Program-made: the position numbers and the translations under genes
From: Myxococcota bacterium
GTDB taxonomy: Bacteria; Myxococcota_A; UBA9160; UBA6930
Reading direction: 5' to 3'
Assembly (NCBI GenBank): GCA_965223415.1
Contig: OZ245002.1
Span: 4,256,001 to 4,320,000 of the forward strand
Length of the DNA: 64,000 bases
Shown: piece by piece, positions 46,974 through 56,994 of the stretch
How positions within the stretch are numbered: position 1 is the stretch's first letter
Layout of the letters: each line of letters begins with the position of its first letter
The notes under the pieces: generated by a model
Told to the model about the DNA's origin: nothing
Databases searched by the model: none
What the model saw: only the letters and a program-made list of their open reading frames with translations

Positions 46974-47330
46974 ATGAAGGTCCTCTTGATCGACGACTCG
47001 GGCGTGATGCGCAAGATGATCACTCGCGCGCTCCGTCAGAGCGGGGTCGACGTGGAGAGCGTGAGCGAGGCTGGCAACGGCAAGGAGGGCCTGGAGGTCC
47101 TCGCCAAGGAGACGTTCGACTTCGTCATCTGCGACTGGAACATGCCGGTGATGAACGGCCTCGACTTCGTGAAGAAGGCTCGCGAGAGCGACGAGACGCC
47201 GATCATGATGCTCAGCACTGAGGGGACCGGGGACAAGGTCCAGGAGGCCATGGACGCCGGCGCGAACGGCTACCTCACCAAACCCTTCACTCCCGAGAAG
47301 CTCGAAGCGAAGATCAACTCGATCGTCTAG
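46974..47330 (+). CDS. cheY: CheY-like response regulator
   Basis: LIDDS, CDWNMP and YLTKPF; GAGGAG RBS. Confidence 0.88.
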   Translation: MKVLLIDDSGVMRKMITRALRQSGVDVESVSEAGNGKEGLEVLAKETFDFVICDWNMPVMNGLDFVKKARESDETPIMMLSTEGTGDKVQEAMDAGANGYLTKPFTPEKLEAKINSIV

Positions 47331-47340
47331 GGAACGGATC

Positions 47341-47925
47341 ATGCCGAAAGATCCTCACACCAATGTCGCCAGGCTCACCCACCGGATGCTCTCCGAAGTC
47401 GCTGACGACTGGCAGGAGATGCTCGGCATTCAGCTCGCGACGGAGCTGTTCGGAGTCTGCACCGGCTCCGGGGACGCAATGGCCAAGGCCGTGCCCGGAA
47501 GAGTCGTCGTGATCGAGACGCAGATCACCGGCGACGCCGAGGGCTCGGTGCATTTCGTCTTTACGGAGGTGTTCGCGGCGCGCGTGGTCGGGACGATGGT
47601 GATGCTCCCCGAAAGCACCATCAAGGAGAAGGAGGAGAATGGCCTCGAGGAGTCCGATCTCGAGGCCTTCCAGGAGATGGCGAACCTGCTCTGCGGCACC
47701 TGCAACAACCTCTTCCAGAAACTCGGGCGGAAGATCCGCGTGAGCCAGGCCGTGGAGGACCTGAAGGTCCACTGCCTCGAGCTGCCCGGCGACGGGCTCT
47801 TCCCCGTCGGCGACCTGGTGGGCGTGAGGGTGGAGTGCATTCTCGACGGGCGGACCTTTCCCGCGATGCAGGTCTTCGGGGCCGAGCTGGGCAGCGCGTT
47901 GAGCAAGCGCGTTCCGGTGAGCTAG
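47341..47925 (+). CDS. CheC/CheX-like phosphatase
   Basis: ITGDAEG and EAFQEMANLLCG (ExxN motif); lies in the che cluster. Confidence 0.65.
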   Translation: MPKDPHTNVARLTHRMLSEVADDWQEMLGIQLATELFGVCTGSGDAMAKAVPGRVVVIETQITGDAEGSVHFVFTEVFAARVVGTMVMLPESTIKEKEENGLEESDLEAFQEMANLLCGTCNNLFQKLGRKIRVSQAVEDLKVHCLELPGDGLFPVGDLVGVRVECILDGRTFPAMQVFGAELGSALSKRVPVS

Positions 47926-47927
47926 GC

Positions 47928-48719
47928 ATGCCCGTCGGCGAGGCCTTCGGCAGCCGCGGCGATCCGCGCATCGGCGCGGACCTGCCGGTGCGGCTGTACT
48001 CCAGCAGCTTCAGCGGGCCTCTCGCGGCTCGGACCCGGGACCTCTCGGTGGGTGGCGCCTGCCTCGCCACCGATTCGCCGGTCGCGCCCAAGTCCATCCA
48101 GCGCGTGGAGATCCAGCTCGACGGGGACTGGCTCGCCCTGGACGCCCAGGGCCGCTGGCAGAGCGTCGAGGCCGGGGACGACGTGGTGATGACGGGCGTC
48201 GAGTTCATGGAGCCGAGCGACGAGGCTGTCGACCGGCTGTGGGACGCGGTGCTCGAGGGGGGCAAGCGACTGGCGCGCTTCCTCTACGTCGGCTCGGACC
48301 TGCGGCCGCTCGGCGTCGACGGCGCCATGGGTCTCTCGCAGATCACGCGCGTGCGCAACCTCCCCGCAGGCCACACCCTCTACCGCCAGGACAAGGACCC
48401 GGAGAACTCCGAGTCGATCTTCGTGGTCGAGAAGGGGACGGTGATCCTCCAGGTGCGCGCTCGTGGTGTGCGGGAGGTGCCGATCGACAAGGTGGGCAGC
48501 GGCCAGGTCTTCGGCGGCCTCTCGATGCTGGCGGGTGTTCCGCCCAGCGAGTCCGCGATCACCGAGACCGACGCCGTGCTCCTCGAGTTCGACGCGCGGG
48601 GCTACCAGTACCTGGCGCGCAACAAGCCCTGGCTCGCCCAGGAGCTCGGCCAGATCGTCACGACCACCTACGTGCGGAGGCTGCACCGAGTGCTCGAACG
48701 GGTGCGCGACCAGCTCTAG
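47928..48719 (+). CDS. PilZ plus cyclic-nucleotide-binding domain protein
   Basis: RGDPR and DLSVGG (PilZ); LYRQ...IFVVEKGTV...GQVFGGLSML (CAP/cNMP). Confidence 0.82.
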   Translation: MPVGEAFGSRGDPRIGADLPVRLYSSSFSGPLAARTRDLSVGGACLATDSPVAPKSIQRVEIQLDGDWLALDAQGRWQSVEAGDDVVMTGVEFMEPSDEAVDRLWDAVLEGGKRLARFLYVGSDLRPLGVDGAMGLSQITRVRNLPAGHTLYRQDKDPENSESIFVVEKGTVILQVRARGVREVPIDKVGSGQVFGGLSMLAGVPPSESAITETDAVLLEFDARGYQYLARNKPWLAQELGQIVTTTYVRRLHRVLERVRDQL

Positions 48720-48748
48720 GCGGCCGCGAACCGCTAGGGTAGGAGGCC

Positions 48749-49594
48749 ATGCGCCCCGCCTCGCTCCTCGTCGGCCTCGCGATCCTGGCGACGGCGTCTC
48801 TCGCTGCGGAACCGCTCGCCGGGGAGGCGCGCCTCCGCTTCGTGCGCGACGGTGCCCTCGTGGCGGCGCCGGGCGTGGCGGCGCTTCGGGCCGCCTGCAG
48901 CGAGCGCACCCTCGAGGTTGGTACGGATCCGTACTACGGCGTGGCGAAGCGCTTCCGGGTGTGCCCGCTGCGCGAGGTGCTTGCCCTGGGCTTCGGCGAC
49001 GCGGAGGCCCTGGCGGAAGAAGGCTTCCTGCTGCGGGCCCTGGACGGCTACACGCGTTCGGCAGAGGGCAGCCAGCTGCTCGATCCAGGCGCCCACCTGG
49101 CCTTCGCCGACGCGGATCGGCTGGCCCGGGGCGAAGCGGGCTTCGACCCGATCGACCGCCGGCAGGTGGATCCGGCGCCCTTCTATCTGGTGTGGGAGCG
49201 GCCCGAGCAGTGGGACGCCCACGCCTGGCCCTGGCCCTACCAGCTGGCGACCATCGAGGTGGCGAGCTTCGCCGATCGCCACCCGCACACGGTGCCGAGC
49301 GGCGCCGAGCCCGGCTCCGCCGAGGCGCGGGGCTACGGGCTCTTCCAACGGGAGTGCGCCCACTGCCACGCGATCAACGGCGAGGGCGGCAAGGTCGGCC
49401 CGGAGCTGAATGTGCCCCGCAACATCCTCGAGTACCGGTCCGAGCCCCAGCTCCGGGCGTTCATCCGGGATCCCCAGAGCTTCCGCTACACGAGCATGCC
49501 CGCTCATGGGCACCTGTCCGAGGCGGACCTGGACGCGTTGCTCGCCTACCTGCGACAGATGGGCAGCCAAAAGCACGACCCGGGGACGCCGTGA
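48749..49594 (+). CDS. Exported c-type cytochrome with N-terminal Mo-oxidoreductase-like domain
   Basis: Signal peptide; ALDGY, PFYLVW and WPYQL; CAHCH, GPELN and distal Met in SMP. Confidence 0.8.
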   Translation: MRPASLLVGLAILATASLAAEPLAGEARLRFVRDGALVAAPGVAALRAACSERTLEVGTDPYYGVAKRFRVCPLREVLALGFGDAEALAEEGFLLRALDGYTRSAEGSQLLDPGAHLAFADADRLARGEAGFDPIDRRQVDPAPFYLVWERPEQWDAHAWPWPYQLATIEVASFADRHPHTVPSGAEPGSAEARGYGLFQRECAHCHAINGEGGKVGPELNVPRNILEYRSEPQLRAFIRDPQSFRYTSMPAHGHLSEADLDALLAYLRQMGSQKHDPGTP

Positions 49595-50418
49595 CGACGG
49601 TCGGCCTCCTCCATCCCGGCGAGATGGGCGCGAGCCTCGCAGCGGCGGCGCGGAAGGCGGGCCACCGGGTCGTGGTGGCGCTCCGGGGCCGCAGTGCCGC
49701 TACCAAGGATCGCGCGGACGCCGCGGGTGTGGAGGATCTCGGCGAGCTCGCGCGGCTCGGCGCGGAGAGCGACGTGATCGCGAGCGTGTGTCCGCCCCAC
49801 GCGGCCGCCGACGTGCTGGAGGCGGCCCTGGCCGCGGGCTTCGGCGGGCTCTACCTCGACGCCAACGCCATCGCGCCAGCGACCGCTCGCGCCCTGGCCC
49901 GTCGTTGCCAAGGACGTGTGCGCTTCGTGGACGGCGGCATCATCGGTCCGCCGGCTACACCTCGTTTCCATCTCTCCGGGCCCGACGCCGAGGCGGTCGC
50001 AGGGTGCTTCGACGCCGAGCCGGTCCGCGTGCAGGTCGTCTCGGGGGAGGTCGGCGCGGCCTCCGCCCTGAAGATGGCCTTCGCGGCCTGGACGAAGGGC
50101 AGCGGCGCGCTCCTGGCGGCGACCTTCGCCCTGGCATCCGCCGAGGGCGTGGAGGACGCGTTGCGCGAGGAGTGGGAGGCCCTGGTGCCCGATCTGCCCG
50201 GGCGCCTCGAGCGGGGCGTCCCGGCCACCGCGCCGAAGGCCTGGCGCTTCGAGGGCGAGATGCGCGAGATCGCGTCCGCCTTCGCCGCGGTGGACCTGCC
50301 CCAGGGCTTTCACGAGGCGGCCGCCGAGGTCTACCGGCGCCTCGGCCCCTTCAAGGACGGCGCCGAGCCGCCGCCGCTCCCGCGCCTCGTCGCGGCCCTG
50401 CGCGACGGCGGGGAGTGA
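49591..50418 (+). CDS. NAD(P)-dependent oxidoreductase (6PGD-like, DUF1932)
   Basis: [28 protein letters not shown] and [12 protein letters not shown]. Confidence 0.85.
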   Translation: MTTVGLLHPGEMGASLAAAARKAGHRVVVALRGRSAATKDRADAAGVEDLGELARLGAESDVIASVCPPHAAADVLEAALAAGFGGLYLDANAIAPATARALARRCQGRVRFVDGGIIGPPATPRFHLSGPDAEAVAGCFDAEPVRVQVVSGEVGAASALKMAFAAWTKGSGALLAATFALASAEGVEDALREEWEALVPDLPGRLERGVPATAPKAWRFEGEMREIASAFAAVDLPQGFHEAAAEVYRRLGPFKDGAEPPPLPRLVAALRDGGE

Positions 50419-50459
50419 TACCCTCTCCCCCCCGTTTCTCTGGTGAGGATCCCGGCCCG

Positions 50460-51149
50460 ATGATCGATCTCTACACCGCCCCGACCCCGAACGGCTGGAA
50501 GGTGTCGATCACCCTCGAGGAGCTGGCACTGCCCTACGCGGTGCACGGGATCGACCTGACCGCGAACCAGCAGAAGGAGCCCTGGTTCCTGGAGATCAAC
50601 CCGAACGGGCGCATCCCGGCGATCGTCGATCGGGATGCCGGCGACTTCCCGGTCTTCGAGTCCGGAGCCATCATGCTCTACCTGGCCGAGAAGGCCGCCG
50701 ACGGGCGTCTCCTGCCGACGGATCCGGCCGGCCGCTCCCGGGTGATGCAGTGGCTGATGTTCCAGATGGGCGGCGTCGGGCCGATGCAGGGCCAGGCCAA
50801 CGTCTTCTTCCGCTACTTCCCGGAGAAGCTGCCGGCGGCGATCGCCCGCTACCAGAACGAGACCCGGCGGCTCTACGGCGTGCTCGACGCCCAGCTCGCC
50901 CGGGGCGAGTGGCTGGCCGGCGAGTACAGCCTCGCCGACATCGCCAACTTCAGCTGGGTGCGCATTCGCGGCTGGTCCGGCATCGATTGCTCTGGCATGC
51001 CGAACCTCGAGCGTTGGATCCTGGCCATGGAGGAGCGTCCGGCGGTCCAGGCCGGCCTGGCCGTACCCCAGCCCCTCGAGTTCCCGACCGACGACGACGC
51101 GGCCCTGGAGCGCACCGCGGCGGGCGCCCGGAAGATCCTCCAGCAATGA
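50460..51149 (+). CDS. Glutathione S-transferase (YfcG/Nu-class-like)
   Basis: [24 protein letters not shown] and [16 protein letters not shown]. Confidence 0.92.
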   Translation: MIDLYTAPTPNGWKVSITLEELALPYAVHGIDLTANQQKEPWFLEINPNGRIPAIVDRDAGDFPVFESGAIMLYLAEKAADGRLLPTDPAGRSRVMQWLMFQMGGVGPMQGQANVFFRYFPEKLPAAIARYQNETRRLYGVLDAQLARGEWLAGEYSLADIANFSWVRIRGWSGIDCSGMPNLERWILAMEERPAVQAGLAVPQPLEFPTDDDAALERTAAGARKILQQ

Positions 51150-51192
51150 CGTCCCGCGCGATGATCGCCGGCGGTCGGCCCGCCTGAGCGAC

Positions 51193-52053
51193 GTGCTGCG
51201 CCTGCTCGTGCTGGACGCCTACGCCCGGGAGGGCCGGGCGGACCTCACTTCCGCCGGGGCTAGCGAAGCCGGCGCCCTCTATGCCCGTCGCCTTCGCGAG
51301 CTGCGACCCGACGCGCAGGTCGACGTCGGCTTCCCCGCCGATCCGGACTGGGCTCCCCCCGACGCCCTGGCCGGCAACGACGGCATGCTCTGGACCGGCT
51401 CGAGCCTCACGATCCACGACGCGCGCGACGAGCGGGTGACCCGCCAGATCGAGCTCGCTCGCCGGGGCTTCGAGGCCGGCGTGCCGGCCCACGGGAGCTG
51501 CTTCGCGGCCCAGCTCTCGGTGGTGGCTGCGGGCGGGGCGTGTGCGCGCCATCCGGAGGGTCGCGAGTTCGGCGTGTCGCGGAAGATCGGCCTCACGGCA
51601 GCCGGTGCCGGTCACCCGATGTTCGTCGGCAAGCCCGCCGTGTTCGACGCCCTGACCAGTCACGAGGACGAGATCGTGACCCTGCCGCCCGGAGCCGTCA
51701 CCCTGGCGAGCAACCGCTGGAGCGCCGTGCAGGCGGTGGCCGTGGAGCACCGGGGCGGGCGCTTCTGGGCCGTCCAGTACCATCCGGAGTACGACCTGCA
51801 CGAGATCGCTCGTCAGGCCCGGCTACGAGCGCCCGGTCTGGTTGCCCAGGGGCGTTTCGCCAACGAGGCGGCCGCCCTCCGCTGGGGTGACGATCTCGAG
51901 ACGCTGCACGCCGATTCCTCGCGCCGTGACCTCGCATGGCGCCATGGCCTCGACGCCGACGTCCTCGACCCGGGCGTGCGTCTCCGGGAGCTGGCCAACT
52001 GGCTCGCGCGGGAAGTGGAGCCGCGGGCGCGCCGGCGCGTCGGGGGGTCGTGA
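51193..52053 (+). CDS. Type 1 glutamine amidotransferase
   Basis: WTGS, GSCFAAQ, SHEDE and VQYHPE. Confidence 0.88.
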   Translation: MLRLLVLDAYAREGRADLTSAGASEAGALYARRLRELRPDAQVDVGFPADPDWAPPDALAGNDGMLWTGSSLTIHDARDERVTRQIELARRGFEAGVPAHGSCFAAQLSVVAAGGACARHPEGREFGVSRKIGLTAAGAGHPMFVGKPAVFDALTSHEDEIVTLPPGAVTLASNRWSAVQAVAVEHRGGRFWAVQYHPEYDLHEIARQARLRAPGLVAQGRFANEAAALRWGDDLETLHADSSRRDLAWRHGLDADVLDPGVRLRELANWLAREVEPRARRRVGGS

Positions 52054-52066
52054 TAGGCTCCCGGCC

Positions 52067-52819
52067 ATGAGCGACCTCCACGTCGAGCTTCAAGACCGCC
52101 TCGCCGAAGTCGAGATCCGTCGCGGCCCGGCGAACTTCTTCGACACCGCACTGATCCGCGCGCTGGCCGACACCTTCCACGAGCTCGCAGCGGACGATCG
52201 CTGCCGCGCCATCGTGCTCTGCTCCGAGGGCAAGCACTTCTGCGCCGGCGCGGATTTCGGCGGCGGCGGACGGCGGGACGAGACCGGCGATCTCTATGCC
52301 GAAGCGGTGCGCCTCTTCGCGGCCCCGCTGCCCTTCCTCGCGGCCGTCCAGGGCGCCGCCGTCGGCGGAGGCCTGGGCCTCGCGCTGGCCGCAGACCTGC
52401 GGGTGGCGTGCCCCGAGGCGCGCTTCACGGCGAACTTCGCCCGGCTGGGCTTCCACCACGGCTTCGGTCTCAGCGTCACCCTACCGGCCTTGGTCGGGCA
52501 GGGTGCGGCGATGGAGCTCCTCTACACCGGCCGCCGCGTGAAGGGCGACGAAGCGCTCTCCCTCGGGCTCTGCGATCGCCTCGTTCCCCGGGAAGAGCTC
52601 CGCGGGGCCGCCCGCGCCCTCGCCCGGGAGATCGCGACCTCCGCGCCCCTGGCGGTTCGCTCGATCCGCGCCACCCTGCGCGGCGACCTTGCCGAGCGCA
52701 TCCGCAAGGCCACGGCCCACGAGCAGGCGGAGCAGGAGCGCTTGCGGCAGACCGCCGACTTCCGCGAAGGTGTGAAGGCGATGGGAGAGCGCCGGGAGCC
52801 TCGCTTCGAGGGGAAGTGA
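52067..52819 (+). CDS. Enoyl-CoA hydratase/isomerase family protein
   Basis: FCAGADF, AVGGGLGLALAADLR and DFREGV. Confidence 0.92.
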   Translation: MSDLHVELQDRLAEVEIRRGPANFFDTALIRALADTFHELAADDRCRAIVLCSEGKHFCAGADFGGGGRRDETGDLYAEAVRLFAAPLPFLAAVQGAAVGGGLGLALAADLRVACPEARFTANFARLGFHHGFGLSVTLPALVGQGAAMELLYTGRRVKGDEALSLGLCDRLVPREELRGAARALAREIATSAPLAVRSIRATLRGDLAERIRKATAHEQAEQERLRQTADFREGVKAMGERREPRFEGK

Positions 52820-52871
52820 CCCGGCCGCCTCCTTTCGCTGGGAGCGACATGACGTTCGGTGCACGACTCCG

Positions 52872-53441
52872 ATGACGCGGCTCACGGTGATGCTGGCGGC
52901 GTTCCTCGCCGCGCTGATCGGCGTCTTCTTCCTGGCGGCGGTCACTCACCGCGGCGGGCCGCCGCTGTTCATCATCCACCACGACGTGGAGATCGACGCC
53001 CCCGCCGATTCCGTGTGGGCGATCCTCAACGACGCGGCGGCCCATCCCACCTGGAATCCCTACGTGCTCGAGATCGACGGCGTGCTCCAGCCCGGCGAGA
53101 CCCTGCGCGTGCGGATCGCCCAGGACGACTGGTCCCAGCCCCGGGACGTGACGGCGCGGGTGATGCGCGCCGGCGACAGCGAGCTTCGCTGGCGGGGCAC
53201 GGTCGGCATCGAGGGCGTGTTCGATACCGAGCACTCGTTCCAAGTCGTCTCCCTGGAGGCTGGGCGATCGCGCTTCGTGCAGCGGGAGGAGTTCCGCGGC
53301 TGGCTGGCGGCGCTGCTCCGGGCGCGCAGGCCGGAGGAGGATCCGGTGCTTCCGGGAACGGCCCGGGCCTTCGAGGCCATGAACCTCGCCCTGAAGGAGC
53401 GCGCCGAGGTGCTCCGGGAGCAGGAGAAAGGAAGCCCATGA
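52872..53441 (+). CDS. SRPBCC domain protein
   Basis: IDAPADSVW, WNPY, FDTEHSF and FEAMNLALKERAE. Confidence 0.85.
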   Translation: MTRLTVMLAAFLAALIGVFFLAAVTHRGGPPLFIIHHDVEIDAPADSVWAILNDAAAHPTWNPYVLEIDGVLQPGETLRVRIAQDDWSQPRDVTARVMRAGDSELRWRGTVGIEGVFDTEHSFQVVSLEAGRSRFVQREEFRGWLAALLRARRPEEDPVLPGTARAFEAMNLALKERAEVLREQEKGSP

Positions 53442-53869
53442 GGACCGGAAGCTGCCTGTGCGGCGGCGTGCGTTTCGAGATCACCCGGGAGCTCACACCC
53501 ATCCAGGCCTGCCACGCCCGGCGCTGCCGCCGGGCCGGCGGAGGCGCCTTCGCCCCCGAGGCCGGCGTGGGAGAGGACGCCTTCCGCTGGCTCGCCGGCG
53601 AGGAGCTCGTCACGACCTACGAGGCGCCGATCCTCGAGTTGCCTCCGGCCTACCGGCGTGCCTTCTGTCGCGTCTGCGGCTCACCCGCGCCGCTCGTGTA
53701 CCCGGCGATCGGCGGGGTCGGAATCCCGCCGGGTGCCCTCGACGACGAGACGGGCCTCGCGATCTCCCACCACGCGTTCGTCGACCAGAAGGCGCCGTGG
53801 TTCTCCATCACCGACGGCCTGCCCCGGCACGGGATGCGGCCGCCGCGACCGGTGCACGAGCAGTCATAG
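53438..53869 (+). CDS. GFA (glutathione-dependent formaldehyde-activating) family protein
   Basis: GSCLCGGV, CHARRC, RAFCRVCGS and KAPW. Confidence 0.9.
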   Translation: MRTGSCLCGGVRFEITRELTPIQACHARRCRRAGGGAFAPEAGVGEDAFRWLAGEELVTTYEAPILELPPAYRRAFCRVCGSPAPLVYPAIGGVGIPPGALDDETGLAISHHAFVDQKAPWFSITDGLPRHGMRPPRPVHEQS

Positions 53870-54373
53870 AAGGGTGCGGTAGCGCACCTCGAAGACGCCG
53901 GGGCCGAGCCAGTCCGGCTTGTCCAGGCGGGCGCCGTCCGCGGCGAGGCCGTGTCGCTCATAGAAGCGGCGCGCTGGCGTGTTCGCTTCGAGCACCCAGA
54001 GGAGCAGGCCGCGGTAGGCCCGAGACCTCGCGAAGTCCAGGGCATCGGAGAAGAGGGCGTGCCCGAGGCCGGTGGCCGTCTCGTCGGGAGACACGTAGAG
54101 ATGGGTCACCTCGGCGAAGCCGGCTGGCGGGGCGGCGAGGTCGCGTGCGGGGGACAGACGGCAAGAGCCCCGCACGGCTCCCTTTTCGTGGGCGATCCGG
54201 ACGCGCACGCCTTCCCCTTGGATCCACTCCCGCCAGTGGGGCACCCGATCCTCGGCGCGGAGCGCGTCCAGGCGCGCGTCGTCGATGATGCCCCGGTAGG
54301 CCCGCTGCCAGCTCGCGACGTGCACGCGGGCGATGGCCGGGGCGTCGCCTTCGTCCGCTGCCCGGAGCTGCAT
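53864..54373 (-). CDS. GNAT family N-acetyltransferase
   Basis: IARVHVASWQRAY, LYVSP...GLG and LWVLEANTPARRFYERHG. Confidence 0.9.
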   Translation of the reverse strand: MQLRAADEGDAPAIARVHVASWQRAYRGIIDDARLDALRAEDRVPHWREWIQGEGVRVRIAHEKGAVRGSCRLSPARDLAAPPAGFAEVTHLYVSPDETATGLGHALFSDALDFARSRAYRGLLLWVLEANTPARRFYERHGLAADGARLDKPDWLGPGVFEVRYRTLL

Positions 54374-54375
54374 CG

Positions 54376-55455
54376 CTAGCCGAGGCGCAGGGCCAGGGCG
54401 TCCTCCCAGCCGAAGTCGAAGCGGCGCGTCTCGTGGAGGCCCGTGTCGTGGAACCAGCGCCAGGTGTGCTCGACGGCGGCGGGGAAGGGGATCTCGGGCT
54501 CCCAGCCCACGTCGCGCCGGAGCCGCTCGATGCCGAACAGCACGTTGCGGTTCCAGCGGTGGATGTTCGGGGCGATGTGCTGCACGAGGCACGAGAGCAT
54601 AAAGCGGTTGGTGAAGACGTGGTCGGCCGCCGGCGCCGTGCGCGTATCGACGTTCGCCTTCGGGAGGGCCGTCTGCATCGGGACACGCCCGTCGAAGAGG
54701 TCGTCCATCAGGGCCGCGGGAAGGAAGCGCTTGTCGGCCGGGGCGCCGAGGATCTCGGCGAAAAGGTCGACGTAGCCCTCGGAGGTGAAGGAGTCGCTGC
54801 CGGTCAGGTTGTAGCGCTTGCCGACGGTGATCGGCTGACCGAGCACGGCGTGGATGGCCCGGGCCTGGTCGTCCACGTGGCCCACCTGGGCGATCTTCGT
54901 GCCGTCGCCGGGGATCAGGACGGGCCGGCCCTGGAGGAGCCGCGCGAACATGCGCTGCTCTCGGTCGGGCAGGATGTTGTTCGGGCCGAAGACCATCGAG
55001 AGCGCCACCACGGTGGCGGGGAAGCCGTTCTCCCGCTGCTGGCGGAAGAGGAAGTCCTCGCAGGCGAGCTTCTGCAGGCCGTACTCGTTCTGCCGCTCGC
55101 TGCGGTCCACGGGGAAGCGCTCGGTGATCGGCAGCAGCTCCGAGGCGGCGTAGATGACCGTGGAGCTGATGAAGACGTAGTGGCCGGTGCGGCCGCGAAG
55201 CAGCTCGGCCATGCGCTGCACGTCTTCGAGCCGGTACGCGCTGACGTCCACCACCGCATCCCACTCCTCGCGGCCGAGGGCCTCGCCCAGGGCGGCGGCA
55301 TCCGTGCGATCCGCGAAGAGGCGGGCCACGCCGCGGGGCAGGTCGGCCTCGGTCTTCCCGCGATTGAGGACCGTGACCGCGTGGCCGTGCTTCGCGAGCT
55401 CGCGCACGACGGCGAGGCCGTTGAACATCGTCCCGCCCATTACGAGCACCTTCAT
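54376..55455 (-). CDS. NAD-dependent epimerase/dehydratase family protein
   Basis: MGGTMFNG, FISS, YGLQK and HVDD. Confidence 0.88.
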   Translation of the reverse strand: MKVLVMGGTMFNGLAVVRELAKHGHAVTVLNRGKTEADLPRGVARLFADRTDAAALGEALGREEWDAVVDVSAYRLEDVQRMAELLRGRTGHYVFISSTVIYAASELLPITERFPVDRSERQNEYGLQKLACEDFLFRQQRENGFPATVVALSMVFGPNNILPDREQRMFARLLQGRPVLIPGDGTKIAQVGHVDDQARAIHAVLGQPITVGKRYNLTGSDSFTSEGYVDLFAEILGAPADKRFLPAALMDDLFDGRVPMQTALPKANVDTRTAPAADHVFTNRFMLSCLVQHIAPNIHRWNRNVLFGIERLRRDVGWEPEIPFPAAVEHTWRWFHDTGLHETRRFDFGWEDALALRLG

Positions 55456-55973
55456 GCGTCGTCCCCTCGCGTCTCCAGGTGGTCGATCCGGCTGCCGAGC
55501 ACTCCGGGCATGTACTCGATCAGCTCGACGATCAGGCCGTCCGGATCCCGGCAGCACACCACCGCCTCAACGCCGGTGTGGGGCTCGGGGCCCCGGGGCT
55601 CCGTGAGGAAGGTGATGCCCTTCGCGCGCAGCTCTTCGTAGGCCCGGCGGACGCCGTGGGTGCGCAGGGCGATGATCCGCGGCACCCGGTCCTCGATCGG
55701 ACGCGCGCTCGGGGGCTCCGGCTCGGGCCGGAGCCACTCGATGAGATCGAGGCGGGTGTGCAGCTCGCCGTCGTCCACCGCCAGGAGCGCGCCCCGGCCC
55801 TGGGCCTCGCGCAGGCCGAACTGGGTGGCCACGTAGTCGGGCCACACCACGTCCCGGTTGTCGCGCAGGACCTTGAAGCCCAGCGCCTCGTAGAAGGCGA
55901 GGGAGCGCTCGAAGTTCGTCGCGCTCACCGTGAAGTGGAAGATGGACCGAAGCTCCCAGTCTCTCTCGCTCAA
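55452..55973 (-). CDS. VOC/glyoxalase family protein
   Basis: FHFTVSATNFERSLAFYEALG and RDPDGLIVELIE; the start is uncertain (TTG with GGAGG RBS). Confidence 0.85.
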   Translation of the reverse strand: MSERDWELRSIFHFTVSATNFERSLAFYEALGFKVLRDNRDVVWPDYVATQFGLREAQGRGALLAVDDGELHTRLDLIEWLRPEPEPPSARPIEDRVPRIIALRTHGVRRAYEELRAKGITFLTEPRGPEPHTGVEAVVCCRDPDGLIVELIEYMPGVLGSRIDHLETRGDDA

Positions 55974-56059
55974 CAGAAGCTCCCTCCGCTTGTGGTGGAC
56001 CCGAATCGCCGGCATGATGCCGCTTCCCGGGCGCGTCGCCCACCGCAGGAGGAGCCCCC

Positions 56060-56992
56060 ATGGACTGGCCCTCGGCCGACCAGATCGCCGCGATCTTCGA
56101 GAAAGTGAAGAACTGGGGGCGCTGGGGCGCCGACGACGAGGCCGGCGCCCTGAACCTGATCACCCCGGAGCGGCGTCGCGCGGCCGCCGCCTGTGCCGTC
56201 GCCGGCGAGACCGTCAGCTGCGCGAGGGAGCTGCCGGTGATCCCGTCGGTGGAGAACCCGAACCCGGCCCTCCACATGATGCTCGTGGCCGGCGACGACT
56301 GCGTGCTCCCCGGCATCGGGCTGGAGACCACGATGGACTTCGTTGGCGTCGCCTTCCACGGCATGGCCACGTCGCACATCGACGCGCTCTGCCACGTGTT
56401 CGTGAACGGCCAGATGTACAACGGCTTCGCCGCCGACGAGGTGAAGAGCACCGGCGCCCGGCGGGGCAGCATCATGTGCGCGAAAGAGGGTATCGTCGGC
56501 CGCGGCGTGCTGCTCGACATCCCGCGCCTGCGAGGCACGAGCTGGCTCGAGCCGAACGACTGGATCCCCGTGGAGGAGCTCGAGGCCGCCGAGGCCGCTC
56601 AGGGCGTGACGGTGGGGGAGGGCGACATCCTGCTGGTCGCGACCGGCCGGGACGCCCGCCGCGAGAGCCAGGGGCCCTGGAGCCCGATCGAGGAGGGGCT
56701 GGCCGGCCTCCATCCCGAGTGCATCCCGTGGCTTCACGAGCGCGGCGTGGCGGTGCTCGGCTCCGACGGCGTGTCGGATCCGCTGCCGGGCAGCCCCCAG
56801 CCCGGCTGGCCCATGCCGGTGCACCAGTGCACCCTGGTCGCCATGGGCGTGCACCTGCTCGACAACCTCCGACTCGACGGCCTCGCCGAGGCCTGCGCTC
56901 GCCACGAGCGATGGAGCTTCCTGCTGAACGTGGCGCCGCTGCGGATCGACGGCGGCACCGGCTCTCCCGTCAACCCGATCGCGGTGCTCTAG
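56060..56992 (+). CDS. Cyclase (kynurenine formamidase-like) family protein
   Basis: NWGRWGADDEAGALN, HG..SHIDALCH, GRGVLLD and GGTGSPVNP. Confidence 0.9.
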   Translation: MDWPSADQIAAIFEKVKNWGRWGADDEAGALNLITPERRRAAAACAVAGETVSCARELPVIPSVENPNPALHMMLVAGDDCVLPGIGLETTMDFVGVAFHGMATSHIDALCHVFVNGQMYNGFAADEVKSTGARRGSIMCAKEGIVGRGVLLDIPRLRGTSWLEPNDWIPVEELEAAEAAQGVTVGEGDILLVATGRDARRESQGPWSPIEEGLAGLHPECIPWLHERGVAVLGSDGVSDPLPGSPQPGWPMPVHQCTLVAMGVHLLDNLRLDGLAEACARHERWSFLLNVAPLRIDGGTGSPVNPIAVL

Positions 56993-56994
56993 CC

